From a virus (taxonomy: Duplodnaviria; Caudoviricetes), in IMG/VR virus record IMGVR_UViG_3300011008_000034, positions 64,001 through 128,000 of that record: DNA of 64,000 nt; one strand, given 5' to 3'. The notes beneath the pieces are model-generated. The model searched no databases, was not told where the DNA came from, and worked only from the letters and a program-made list of their open reading frames with translations. The position numbers were made by a program, and so were the translations under genes. Numbering within the stretch: the stretch's first letter is position 1; each line of letters begins with the position of its first letter. This document shows positions 29,894 to 38,613 of the stretch, piece after piece.

Positions 29894-29956
29894 TATTTTT
29901 ATTATACCACATTATAATTGAAAAGTAAATAGTCTTTTCAATTTTTTTTACAATAA

Positions 29957-30028
29957 AGGCCCTATACAAATTCGAACTACTAAAAATACATTTGGAGAGT
30001 GTTATTCTGTTCGCTAAACTATAGGGCC
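29957..30028 (-). tRNA. Degenerate tRNA-Trp(CCA)-like
   Basis: Perfect GGCCCTA/TAGGGCC acceptor stem, CT-CCA-AA loop, TTCGAAT T-loop. Anticodon and T stems pair poorly. Confidence 0.5.
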
Positions 30029-30236
30029 ATGATGATGCAGGTAAGACTTAAACTCATAATCTATTATATAGTAAAGAAAACTGTTAAAAATATTAAAATT
30101 ATTTAAAAATTTAATATTTTTAATTGTTTTTCATAAAAATGCATATATTTTATTAAATTTATTAAAAAATTTTAATTAAATATATACTTTTTATTATGAA
30201 TTTGATATAATTAAATATTGGAAAGGAGGCGAAAAA

Positions 30237-31547
30237 ATGAAAAAGAGCACTGAAATAAAAAATTTTAGAGTAAAACAATTCATTGTAGAAGAAAGTCATC
30301 CATATTTTCCATTTCTTTTAATACAATTACATTATTCTAAGAACCTTTATAATGCTACTTTGTATGAATTAAGGCAAAGATTTTTTAAAAAAGAAGCATT
30401 TCCTAAGAATTTAGATAAAGTAATGAAAGTAAAAGAATCTAACCGTAGTGATAAACTTGGTTATGATTATTATAATATGGCTACATGCCAGTCAGCACAG
30501 CAAACCATAACGAAAGCTCATAGAAGCATGATTTATTTCCAAAGGTCTTTAAGAAAATATGAAAAAGACCCTAGAAATTATACGGGTAAGCCTAAGATTC
30601 CTAAGTATAAAAGAGATAAATATTATATTGTAACTCTCACAAACCAAAATTGTAAGGTCAAAGGCAATATAGTACATTTTCCAAGAACATATGGAAACTT
30701 TACTTTAGACATAAGTGATTGTTTTACTAACAATGAATATGACTTCAAATCCTTAAGTGAAGTAAGGTATTACTTAAAGAAAAATGTTATAGTTATGGAA
30801 GTAATTTATCAAGTAAAAGCTAAATATCATTATTCTTTAAGGAAAGATAGATTATGTGGTATAGACTTAGGTGTAGCTATTTTTGCCGCTTGTTCTTTTA
30901 ATTTCAATAAGAATCCTATTATTATTGATAGTTCTTATGTAAAGTCTGTGAATCAATTATATAATAAAAAGATAGCTAAATATCAAAGTTTAGCTAAAAA
31001 ATGTAATGATTTATATACCACAAAAAGATTAAATGCTTTATGGTCAAAAAGACATAGAAAAATAAAAGATTATATGCATAAAGCGAGTACATTATTAGTT
31101 AAAACATGTGTAGAAAATAGAGTATCTAAAATAATTATAGGAGAGAATAAGAATTGGAAACAAAAAAATAAGAAAAAACAGAACTTTACTTATATATCTT
31201 TTTCTATGTTTAAATCAATGGTAGAGTACAAGGCTAAATTATATGGAATTAAAGTTATATTTGTTCCTGAAATGTATACATCTGGTACTTCTTTCTTAGA
31301 CAAGGAAACTCCTCAGAAAAAGTTTTATAATAAAAAACGTAGGGTAACCAGAGGAATTTTTTATAGTAACGAAAAAATAGGTATACATAGTGATGTAAAT
31401 GCCGGATATCAGATGATAAAGAAATATGAACTGAAAGAAAATCAGAAAAGAAAAAGGCAAACAAAAAAGAGCTTAATCTCTTGCTTTAATAAAACCTTTA
31501 ATTGGAAAAAAATAGCAAGTAATATCGAACGAGTATATGTTATGTAA
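30237..31547 (+). CDS. tnpB: TnpB-family RNA-guided nuclease
   Basis: SKNLYN, GIDLG, YMHKAS, IIIGENKNWKQ, EMYTSGTSFLD, RGIF, SDVNAG. Confidence 0.9.
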   Translation: MKKSTEIKNFRVKQFIVEESHPYFPFLLIQLHYSKNLYNATLYELRQRFFKKEAFPKNLDKVMKVKESNRSDKLGYDYYNMATCQSAQQTITKAHRSMIYFQRSLRKYEKDPRNYTGKPKIPKYKRDKYYIVTLTNQNCKVKGNIVHFPRTYGNFTLDISDCFTNNEYDFKSLSEVRYYLKKNVIVMEVIYQVKAKYHYSLRKDRLCGIDLGVAIFAACSFNFNKNPIIIDSSYVKSVNQLYNKKIAKYQSLAKKCNDLYTTKRLNALWSKRHRKIKDYMHKASTLLVKTCVENRVSKIIIGENKNWKQKNKKKQNFTYISFSMFKSMVEYKAKLYGIKVIFVPEMYTSGTSFLDKETPQKKFYNKKRRVTRGIFYSNEKIGIHSDVNAGYQMIKKYELKENQKRKRQTKKSLISCFNKTFNWKKIASNIERVYVM

Positions 31548-31711
31548 AAGTAATGTTATACTACAAGTAGAATAAAATGATTAAGTTTCATTATGTTTGG
31601 AAGCTTTGATGTAGAGCTAGTGAATAAAATATATCTTAGACATGGACGTTTAAGATATACAGAAATAAAATTTATTAAAATTTTTAATAATAAATTAAAA
31701 ATTTAATGATT

Positions 31712-32259
31712 TTATATACATAAATCTTCTCCAGCTTGCCAGATTAAATTATCCATTCCAGGAGACGATGAATAATGAGCTAACCAAATTGGTTGATTTA
31801 ATGATTCGTAATCAATATAACTTTCAAAAAATCCTAAATTAGCATAAATGCCGGTGTTATACCCATAATCATTAAAAACATCGCACCATGCTTTAGCTAT
31901 TCCATTTATATTAGAAAATGAATAATCAAAATCATATTTCTGCCATTTTGAATTATCTTCTATATCTGCCCAGATACGCCTACACCTAAACTATTTATCA
32001 TATTAATAGCATTATTAGCTTCTACTTTTGCATCTTCTGCATCCATAGAATAACAAAACCAATAAGCTGAAATGTCTCTAATTCCAATATCATAAGCTTT
32101 TTGATATGCATATAAAAATGATTCATCTCGTTCTGGTGATACACCATAACCAAGACGTAGAATAATGAAATCCTTCCAATTAGAATTCTTTAATGTTTCC
32201 CAAAAATCATCTAAATAAATAGCTTGATTGTTATTTTCTGATAAATCTATTCCTTGCAT
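31712..32259 (-). pseudogene. GH25 lysozyme/endolysin, frameshifted near 31980
   Basis: GIDLSENN, ILRLGYG, AYWFCY. The shifted frame continues IWADIED…TGIYAN…IWLAHY…IWQ. Confidence 0.8.
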
Positions 32260-32269
32260 ATTTTCCTCC

Positions 32270-33394
32270 TTATACATGTACTACAATAAAAGAATTTGGT
32301 AATGCTATACAAAAATTGTTTTGGCTTTTTAATTTGATATGATAAAAAGCTTCTTTTTTATTATATATCATAATATTGGACATAATAATCTTATGATTAT
32401 AATGCTGAGATTGTGTAATAAAATCTTGTAAATCAGTAAAATACTGACTTAATTTAGAAAAACTAGGAGCTTTAGAATGCAAATATTTACGTTTTTCTTC
32501 ATATGTTGTTTCTGATATTTGATTATTGTCATCTAAAATAGCTTTTCCAATTTTTAACATTTTATTTCGTTTTGCTGATTTTCTATCTTCAGGAGAACGA
32601 GTAAGACTTTCATATTCATGTTGAGATAGAAATTGTTCGGCTTCATAAGATAAATTAAAAAATTCATCATAAGATACAAAGTATTTTTTAATTAAATAAT
32701 CAGATAAAGGATATCGAAGAAATTGTTTTGCATAATGGGATTCTATTAAATCTTTTGTCAGATTAGTATATTTTTTGATTAAACATGCTCCAGATTTTGC
32801 AATTAAATCTCGTTTCTGTTTATTTTGCATATTCATGTCTTTATCTTTATTAAATCGTAATTCTTTGGTTTTATCATGATATGCTTTATGCTTATTTTTA
32901 TCTAACCACATTAAATTCGTGGGATTGTTGTCTCTATAATTTTCATTAATATGATGTATTTCAAATCCAGAAAAATCTGTTTTTGGTTCATAATAAAATT
33001 TCACCATATGATGTGTATACATATATGTATTTATCACAAAATCATAATACATCTCACGATCATAATTAAATTCATGATTTTTTGAATATTGAAATGACAT
33101 AGGAATAATGGAAGTATATGATAAAATATCTTCAGCATATAAAGAATAAAATTCTGGAGTAATGAAAATCTGATTCTTATCACATTCTAAAGAATCTCCA
33201 GTATCTAATTTCATCTTACATGCTTCTGTTAAATATTGTTTATTGATAGAAATAATTTCATCTGGTACTATTTCCATATCTGGAGTTATAGAATAACAAA
33301 AACATCTAACATGATTTTTTATCAAATGATTTAATTCTTCTAAAGTAGGCATAGTACCATTTAGTAATTTGATATGAGTACTATAATGAAGCAT
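32270..33394 (-). CDS. Free-standing intein-like protein (Hint + HNH) with splicing residues lost
   Basis: Block A-like MLHYSTHIKLLNG, HNH EIHHINENYRDNNPTNL…HKAYH, blocks F/G YNHKII…FYHIK…NNF…IVVHV. Own AAGGAGG RBS. Confidence 0.75.
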   Translation of the reverse strand: MLHYSTHIKLLNGTMPTLEELNHLIKNHVRCFCYSITPDMEIVPDEIISINKQYLTEACKMKLDTGDSLECDKNQIFITPEFYSLYAEDILSYTSIIPMSFQYSKNHEFNYDREMYYDFVINTYMYTHHMVKFYYEPKTDFSGFEIHHINENYRDNNPTNLMWLDKNKHKAYHDKTKELRFNKDKDMNMQNKQKRDLIAKSGACLIKKYTNLTKDLIESHYAKQFLRYPLSDYLIKKYFVSYDEFFNLSYEAEQFLSQHEYESLTRSPEDRKSAKRNKMLKIGKAILDDNNQISETTYEEKRKYLHSKAPSFSKLSQYFTDLQDFITQSQHYNHKIIMSNIMIYNKKEAFYHIKLKSQNNFCIALPNSFIVVHV

Positions 33395-33474
33395 TGATAT
33401 TTTCCTCCTTTAAAAATAGATAAAAAATGTACAGATAACGATAACCGGTTTAAAATAGAAATGGAGGTGAAAAA

Positions 33475-33606
33475 ATGAAAAGTAAAAAATTGATTAAAAA
33501 TGCTTCAAGAGTAGAAATTGAACGGCCAATATCTAATAAGCCATTACCTACATTTAATCCCAGAAGATTAGATAAAATTAACTATATTTATCTAATAATG
33601 AAATAA
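33475..33606 (+). CDS. Short ORF with KKLIKNA leader, possibly truncated by the tnpB insertion
   Basis: GGAGGTG RBS; MKSKKLIKNASRVEIERP…. Confidence 0.4.
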   Translation: MKSKKLIKNASRVEIERPISNKPLPTFNPRRLDKINYIYLIMK

Positions 33607-33678
33607 TAACAAAAAATATAATTCCATTCATTTTACATTTGTTATTTAATATGATATAATATTAATGAAGGTGATAAT

Positions 33679-35013
33679 TTGAAAAAGAATAATCATAAGA
33701 AAAAACACATAATTCAACATCCTATAGGTATTTCTTTTATTAGTAAGGATTTAAATAAAGAAAAATATGAGCAGATCAAGATTTTTACAAAAAGAATAGT
33801 AGAATGTAAAAATTATATGTCTGCTTATTATTATTGTATGTATCATTTTAAACGTACTATATCTAAAAATGATTTTTGTAAGGAAATGAAAAATAATAAA
33901 ATCGATCAAGCTTTTGATATTCCTAGCGGAATTTTTCAACAAGCTTGTTATGATGTTTGGTCTAAATATTTCAAGAAAAAACCTCCTAAAAAAATAGTGA
34001 CATTTAAAAAATTATCTTTTATAGGTGTAAATACCACTTCTATTCCTATGTTTATGAAATCTGATAACATTCATACTAATGGTATTATTAATTTTAATAT
34101 TCCTAAACAAGGGATTATAGCTATTCCTTTTAAATATTCTAAAAAATATCATGGGGATTTAACAAAAATTCATTATTCTATGAAAGGTAAAGGAGGATAT
34201 CAATATCAAAAATTATATCGATTAACTATAAATGAAGGTACTGAAACCATAAAAATTTCTATTACCGAAGAAAACAAAGATTATTATGAATTAGAATATG
34301 ATAAGCAAAAAATTTTAGGTGTAGATGTTAATATATCTAGAAATTTATTTGCTTGTAGTGATGGTTATTTTATAGAACACGATAAAAAATTGGTGCAAAA
34401 ATTAATTAATCATGATTTAAGAAATAGACAAACCATAAAGACAAAAAAGAAAAGGGGATTATCAGAAGAACATAGTAAGAAACAGAAAATTATAGATGAA
34501 CGAGATAAAAATAGAGCTAAATGGCATATTATTACTAAATTATTACAGCTTTTTAAATATGCAAAAAGAATGGGATATAACCATTTGGTATTTGAAGATT
34601 TATCTCCATTTTATGGAAAAAAGTATATAAAAAGCAAGTATAATGATGTTAATCAAAATGAATTAATGCATATCTTACATTTTTTTGATATAAAAAATGC
34701 AGCTATAGCATTAGGAAAAAAGTATGGTTTTTTAGTAAGCACAGTACCTGCAGCATATACATCAAAAGGTTGCCCGATTTGTAGTCATATTCATAATGAT
34801 AATAGAAAAACACAATCTCATTTTAAATGTATGTGTTGTGGACATACTTATGATGCAGATACTAATGCTGCTTTAAATATCAAACAAAGAGTTTCCTTAG
34901 AGGTTCTAAGGAATCAAATGGCTACCAAAAGAGAAAAGCAATGTTATGATGCTAAAGATTTAACATTGAAAGAAGTTAAACAAATCATAACAGATTATCA
35001 TTTAACGGCTTAA
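33679..35013 (+). CDS. tnpB: TnpB-family nuclease with Zn ribbon
   Basis: GVDVN, FEDL, YTSKGCPIC, CMCCG, DADTNAALNI. Consensus phage promoter at 33632-33660. Confidence 0.88.
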   Translation: MKKNNHKKKHIIQHPIGISFISKDLNKEKYEQIKIFTKRIVECKNYMSAYYYCMYHFKRTISKNDFCKEMKNNKIDQAFDIPSGIFQQACYDVWSKYFKKKPPKKIVTFKKLSFIGVNTTSIPMFMKSDNIHTNGIINFNIPKQGIIAIPFKYSKKYHGDLTKIHYSMKGKGGYQYQKLYRLTINEGTETIKISITEENKDYYELEYDKQKILGVDVNISRNLFACSDGYFIEHDKKLVQKLINHDLRNRQTIKTKKKRGLSEEHSKKQKIIDERDKNRAKWHIITKLLQLFKYAKRMGYNHLVFEDLSPFYGKKYIKSKYNDVNQNELMHILHFFDIKNAAIALGKKYGFLVSTVPAAYTSKGCPICSHIHNDNRKTQSHFKCMCCGHTYDADTNAALNIKQRVSLEVLRNQMATKREKQCYDAKDLTLKEVKQIITDYHLTA

Positions 35014-35130
35014 AAAATCTTTTCAAGGAAGAAGAGTAGGTTCTGAAAATGTTACCTTTCAATTATATTGATAAAATAAAATAAAAATTGAATATAATGA
35101 ATCATATAATTTAATTTTTATACATTATAA

Positions 35131-35535
35131 ATGTTGTCAGAATATCAAAAGCCATTTATCGTAACCGCTACATTAGAAGCAATTTCCGATATGCACTATA
35201 CTTTTATTGATGTTAAACCATTTATAGAAAAAATAGATTCTTATAGAATTGGAAACCTATGTGACCATATTAATTTACAAATCAAAGACGTTTTGCAATA
35301 CATTGATATTAGTGAATTACAAATTGGAATGAATGTGTTTTTATTTTGTAATACTAAAATATATTACTCTAAATATAATGAAAAACGTTTTGGACTAGAA
35401 CTTAGTGATACAATCAAATGTCCAATTTTATTCACAAAAGAACAAGTATTAAATATACCGGAAAATTCATATATGCATTTTACAAATGATGTATTGACTA
35501 AACTAAAAATAAGAATCCAACCACCTAGTTTTTGA
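35131..35535 (+). CDS. Hypothetical protein
   Basis: 134-aa ORF, weak RBS. Confidence 0.45.
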   Translation: MLSEYQKPFIVTATLEAISDMHYTFIDVKPFIEKIDSYRIGNLCDHINLQIKDVLQYIDISELQIGMNVFLFCNTKIYYSKYNEKRFGLELSDTIKCPILFTKEQVLNIPENSYMHFTNDVLTKLKIRIQPPSF

Positions 35536-35543
35536 TTAAACTA

Positions 35544-35572
35544 TTTACATTATATTGAAATTGTGATATAAT
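35544..35572 (+). promoter_or_regulatory. Phage promoter TTTACA-N17-TATAAT
   Basis: ctatttaca…tgatataat. Confidence 0.7.
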
Positions 35573-35584
35573 TAAATTAAGGAG

Positions 35585-36655
35585 GTGGATGGATTGAAGA
35601 AAAAAGAATTGTACGAACGAATCAATGAAATGGCAATGGATTATATAGAGCATTGTGAAGGATTCAACGAAGAACTTAGCATTAAAGCAATGGAAAAAGT
35701 TTTATCAGATAAACAAATTCATATTAATTGTTGTACTGGATATCTTGGAATGTCGAGCTGGTTATATGCAAAAAATAAGAACATTTTATTCGGGCCTGTA
35801 TTTCATCAATGCTTACATTGGAATAAGACAAAAGTATTTTTCTCTTTTAATGAGCAATTAGAACAAGAAATTCAAAATAGTAATTGGGACTGTACGGCAA
35901 ATGTTCCTGCTATTTTATTAAATCAATGTCCATTTACTTCATTTTTTATTCAAACAAATACTAATTTTGTTAATTATAATTATGAAAATCAAATTGACGG
36001 AAAACCGGATATTGAAGGAAAAGGATTAGGATTTTTTGTCACAATTTCACCAGGAAGAAAACAAGATAAGGAAACGTATAAGTTTTCCTTTAATGGCGAT
36101 AAAGTTATGGATATAACCTTTTGTGCTAATTCAATTGATGATGTTGATTATATGAATACATTAACAGTATCACTTGAAATTCCTAGCAATAATCAAGCGG
36201 TACAAATAAAAGATGCGATTATTTTCTCTCAAGACTATGACAAAGTTTATAAAGATGACGAAAAGAAAATTTTATTATGCAAAAAAAATGATATGGAAAT
36301 GTTAATCAAAGCATTACAGTATATTTTACATTTATGCTCTAAAAATAGTGAAATTATACCTAGAATGCCTGTCAAAAAATCTTTTATGACAAAACGACAA
36401 AAAGCCAATGCAAAAGTGAAATGTTACGAAATTAATCTAAAACCATCTGAACGTAATTTTCCTATTCATCATAATTCTCAGCATAGTGGAAATCATACTG
36501 GAGAAACAAGAAAAAGTCATGTTAGACGAGCTCATTGGGCTTTTCGCTGGTGTGGAAGCAAAGCTGAACGTCACCTGGAAATACGTTGGATAAAAGAATG
36601 CATTATTCATCCAGAAATGCAAAATGCAGGAACAATTTTAAATGTTAGGAGATGA
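35585..36655 (+). CDS. AcrVA2-like protein
   Basis: LLNQCPFTSFFIQ, LQYILHLCSKN, and C-terminal RKSHVRRAHWAFRWCG…IRWI (HxRRxHW). Confidence 0.6.
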   Translation: MDGLKKKELYERINEMAMDYIEHCEGFNEELSIKAMEKVLSDKQIHINCCTGYLGMSSWLYAKNKNILFGPVFHQCLHWNKTKVFFSFNEQLEQEIQNSNWDCTANVPAILLNQCPFTSFFIQTNTNFVNYNYENQIDGKPDIEGKGLGFFVTISPGRKQDKETYKFSFNGDKVMDITFCANSIDDVDYMNTLTVSLEIPSNNQAVQIKDAIIFSQDYDKVYKDDEKKILLCKKNDMEMLIKALQYILHLCSKNSEIIPRMPVKKSFMTKRQKANAKVKCYEINLKPSERNFPIHHNSQHSGNHTGETRKSHVRRAHWAFRWCGSKAERHLEIRWIKECIIHPEMQNAGTILNVRR

Positions 36656-36840
36656 TTCATATCGGAGATTATTTTATTAATAATTTTTCCAATTTATTAG
36701 AAGCATTGAGCAAAAATTTAGAACATGATATGCTTATAAGTATATTTATAGCAGTTATATTTGTTATTATTATGATTATTAATATTTTCATTGGAGAAAA
36801 AAGGAGGAGAAAATATGAATCTAAACGACTTAAAAAATGA
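36652..36840 (+). CDS. Small membrane protein
   Basis: One hydrophobic helix and a basic tail. Confidence 0.55.
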   Translation: MIHIGDYFINNFSNLLEALSKNLEHDMLISIFIAVIFVIIMIINIFIGEKRRRKYESKRLKK

Positions 36841-37777
36841 TAAAAACTATCATGATTTATTTGATAAAAATTTAAATATTAGTTATTTAACATTAGGCGG
36901 TTCAAAAGCATACGGGACAAATACTCCTCAATCAGATACAGATATTCGTGGATTTTTCTTAGAAACCAAACAAGATTTATTAGGATTAAATGAATTAAAA
37001 GAAGAATATGTTTTTCCTAATACAGATACTGTTGTTTATAGTTTTGGAAAATTTGTAAAATTATTAATTGCTTGTAATCCTAATATGATTGAATTAATTG
37101 GGACAAGAGATAGCGATATTATTTATGAATCCGATTTGAGTCAAGAAGTTAGAAATAATGCTTTTCGGTTTTTAAGTAAAAAATGTTTTTATAGTTTTGC
37201 TGGATACGCTACAGCACAGCTTAGACGTTTGGAAAATGCATTAGCTAGAGATTCTTATACTGAAATTGAAAAAGAACGTCATATTATGAAAAGTATTGAA
37301 GGACAATTTTTAGCTGAAAGAATGCCTGAAGGAATTCATCATGATTCTTTCCAATTTTCATTACATGATGATGAAATTCATGTATCTGTAGAATTAAATG
37401 ATGTTCCATTAAAAACATTATTAAATACTCAATCTGCAATTTCTAATACAATCAAAAATTTTGGAAAATTAAATCACCGTAATCACAAAAAAGACGAATT
37501 ACATTTGAATAAACATGCTATGCATTTAATTCGGTTATACTTAATGGCAATAGAAATTCTTGAAAAGCAAGAAATCCATACTTATCGTGATAAAGACCAT
37601 GACCTGTTGATGTCCATTCGTAATGGCGAAGTTCCTTATCCTGATATTTTTAAGTTACAACAAGAATTGGAAACAAAATTACATAAAGCTTATCAAAACA
37701 CCAAACTTCCAGAGCATCCTGATATGAATTGGATTAACAATTTTGTATATGAAATGAGGAATAAATATGCAGAATAA
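36815..37777 (+). CDS. Pol-beta superfamily nucleotidyltransferase (RlaP/YcgL-like)
   Basis: GGSKAYGTNTPQSDTDIRG, NPNMIE, SFAGYA, KHAMHLIRL, LMSIRNG. Confidence 0.85.
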   Translation: MNLNDLKNDKNYHDLFDKNLNISYLTLGGSKAYGTNTPQSDTDIRGFFLETKQDLLGLNELKEEYVFPNTDTVVYSFGKFVKLLIACNPNMIELIGTRDSDIIYESDLSQEVRNNAFRFLSKKCFYSFAGYATAQLRRLENALARDSYTEIEKERHIMKSIEGQFLAERMPEGIHHDSFQFSLHDDEIHVSVELNDVPLKTLLNTQSAISNTIKNFGKLNHRNHKKDELHLNKHAMHLIRLYLMAIEILEKQEIHTYRDKDHDLLMSIRNGEVPYPDIFKLQQELETKLHKAYQNTKLPEHPDMNWINNFVYEMRNKYAE

Positions 37778-37844
37778 TGTTATGTATACAATTTTTGGTT
37801 GTTTAAGTGCTATTATTGGTTTTCTCTTATTGGAGTGGTTGTAG

Positions 37845-38021
37845 GTGAAACGAATTAAAGTATTTTTTCATGGTCATGATGAAATGTTTGTAAGTGATGA
37901 AAAAGGGAAAGATTATGTTAGACATCCATACAAAATGCGCCAAGATTTAATAAAAAAGTATGGTGTAAAAGATGGAGATTTAATCATAAGCAATTTTGAG
38001 GAAATCAAAAAGGAGAAATGA
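37845..38021 (+). CDS. Hypothetical protein (58 aa)
   Basis: GGAG RBS, GTG start; MKRIKVFFHGHDEMF…. Confidence 0.45.
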   Translation: MKRIKVFFHGHDEMFVSDEKGKDYVRHPYKMRQDLIKKYGVKDGDLIISNFEEIKKEK

Positions 38022-38024
38022 AAA

Positions 38025-38441
38025 ATGGATTTTAGAAACATTGCAAAGTTTTTAGAAGAACGTCGTGATGACAAACAATCGTTTACTTTATATTACGCAA
38101 GGATTTCAAAAGATAAAGAATTGTTATGCAGTCAATTTAAAATGCAGATTAAAAGTGACTATGGATGGCCAACCTTAGAATTTGTTGATAAAAAAGGCGC
38201 TAAAGATAAAGGATATGCATCTATTCGTATTTCCACGGGGAATAATAATAAAATCAACGATACTTTAGACTGTATTCCTAGAGCAATTGGAAGGACAAAA
38301 CAAGAAGCTTTGCAATGTTTAAAAAATTCATTACGATACAAAATTGAATTACGAAAAAAAGATATTGAAAAAGCAAATTTAATCATTAAAAATTCTGAAG
38401 ATGAATTAAAATTGATAGATGAACAATTAGAAACGGAATGA
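38025..38441 (+). CDS. Hypothetical protein
   Basis: AAGGAG RBS; C-terminal coiled coil. Confidence 0.6.
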   Translation: MDFRNIAKFLEERRDDKQSFTLYYARISKDKELLCSQFKMQIKSDYGWPTLEFVDKKGAKDKGYASIRISTGNNNKINDTLDCIPRAIGRTKQEALQCLKNSLRYKIELRKKDIEKANLIIKNSEDELKLIDEQLETE

Positions 38442-38445
38442 TAAT

Positions 38446-38604
38446 GTGACATTAGATGAAGCGATAAAACATGCAGAAGAAGTAGCTAATTCAAAATGTG
38501 ATTCGTGTGGAGCAGAACATCGACAATTAGCCAATTGGTTAAAAGAATTAAAAGACTTAAGAGAAAGATTAATCAAACAAATAGACAAAAAAGAGTGGAA
38601 TTAA
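38446..38604 (+). CDS. Small phage protein (MTLDEAIKHAEE…EHRQLANWLKEL)
   Basis: GTG start; pattern recalled from small phage proteins; missed by the ORF track. Confidence 0.55.
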   Translation: MTLDEAIKHAEEVANSKCDSCGAEHRQLANWLKELKDLRERLIKQIDKKEWN

Positions 38605-38613
38605 TCCACTCTT

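Noticed and set aside
29560-29900. Theta/HDV-like, twister or hammerhead ribozyme beside the tRNA
   Set aside because: I could not fit the consensus cores by eye, and the structured region lies 5' rather than 3' of the tRNA. It is left as an unidentified ncRNA.
30237-35100. tnpB genes as Cas12f with a CRISPR array
   Set aside because: I found no repeat-spacer array near either gene or elsewhere in the window.
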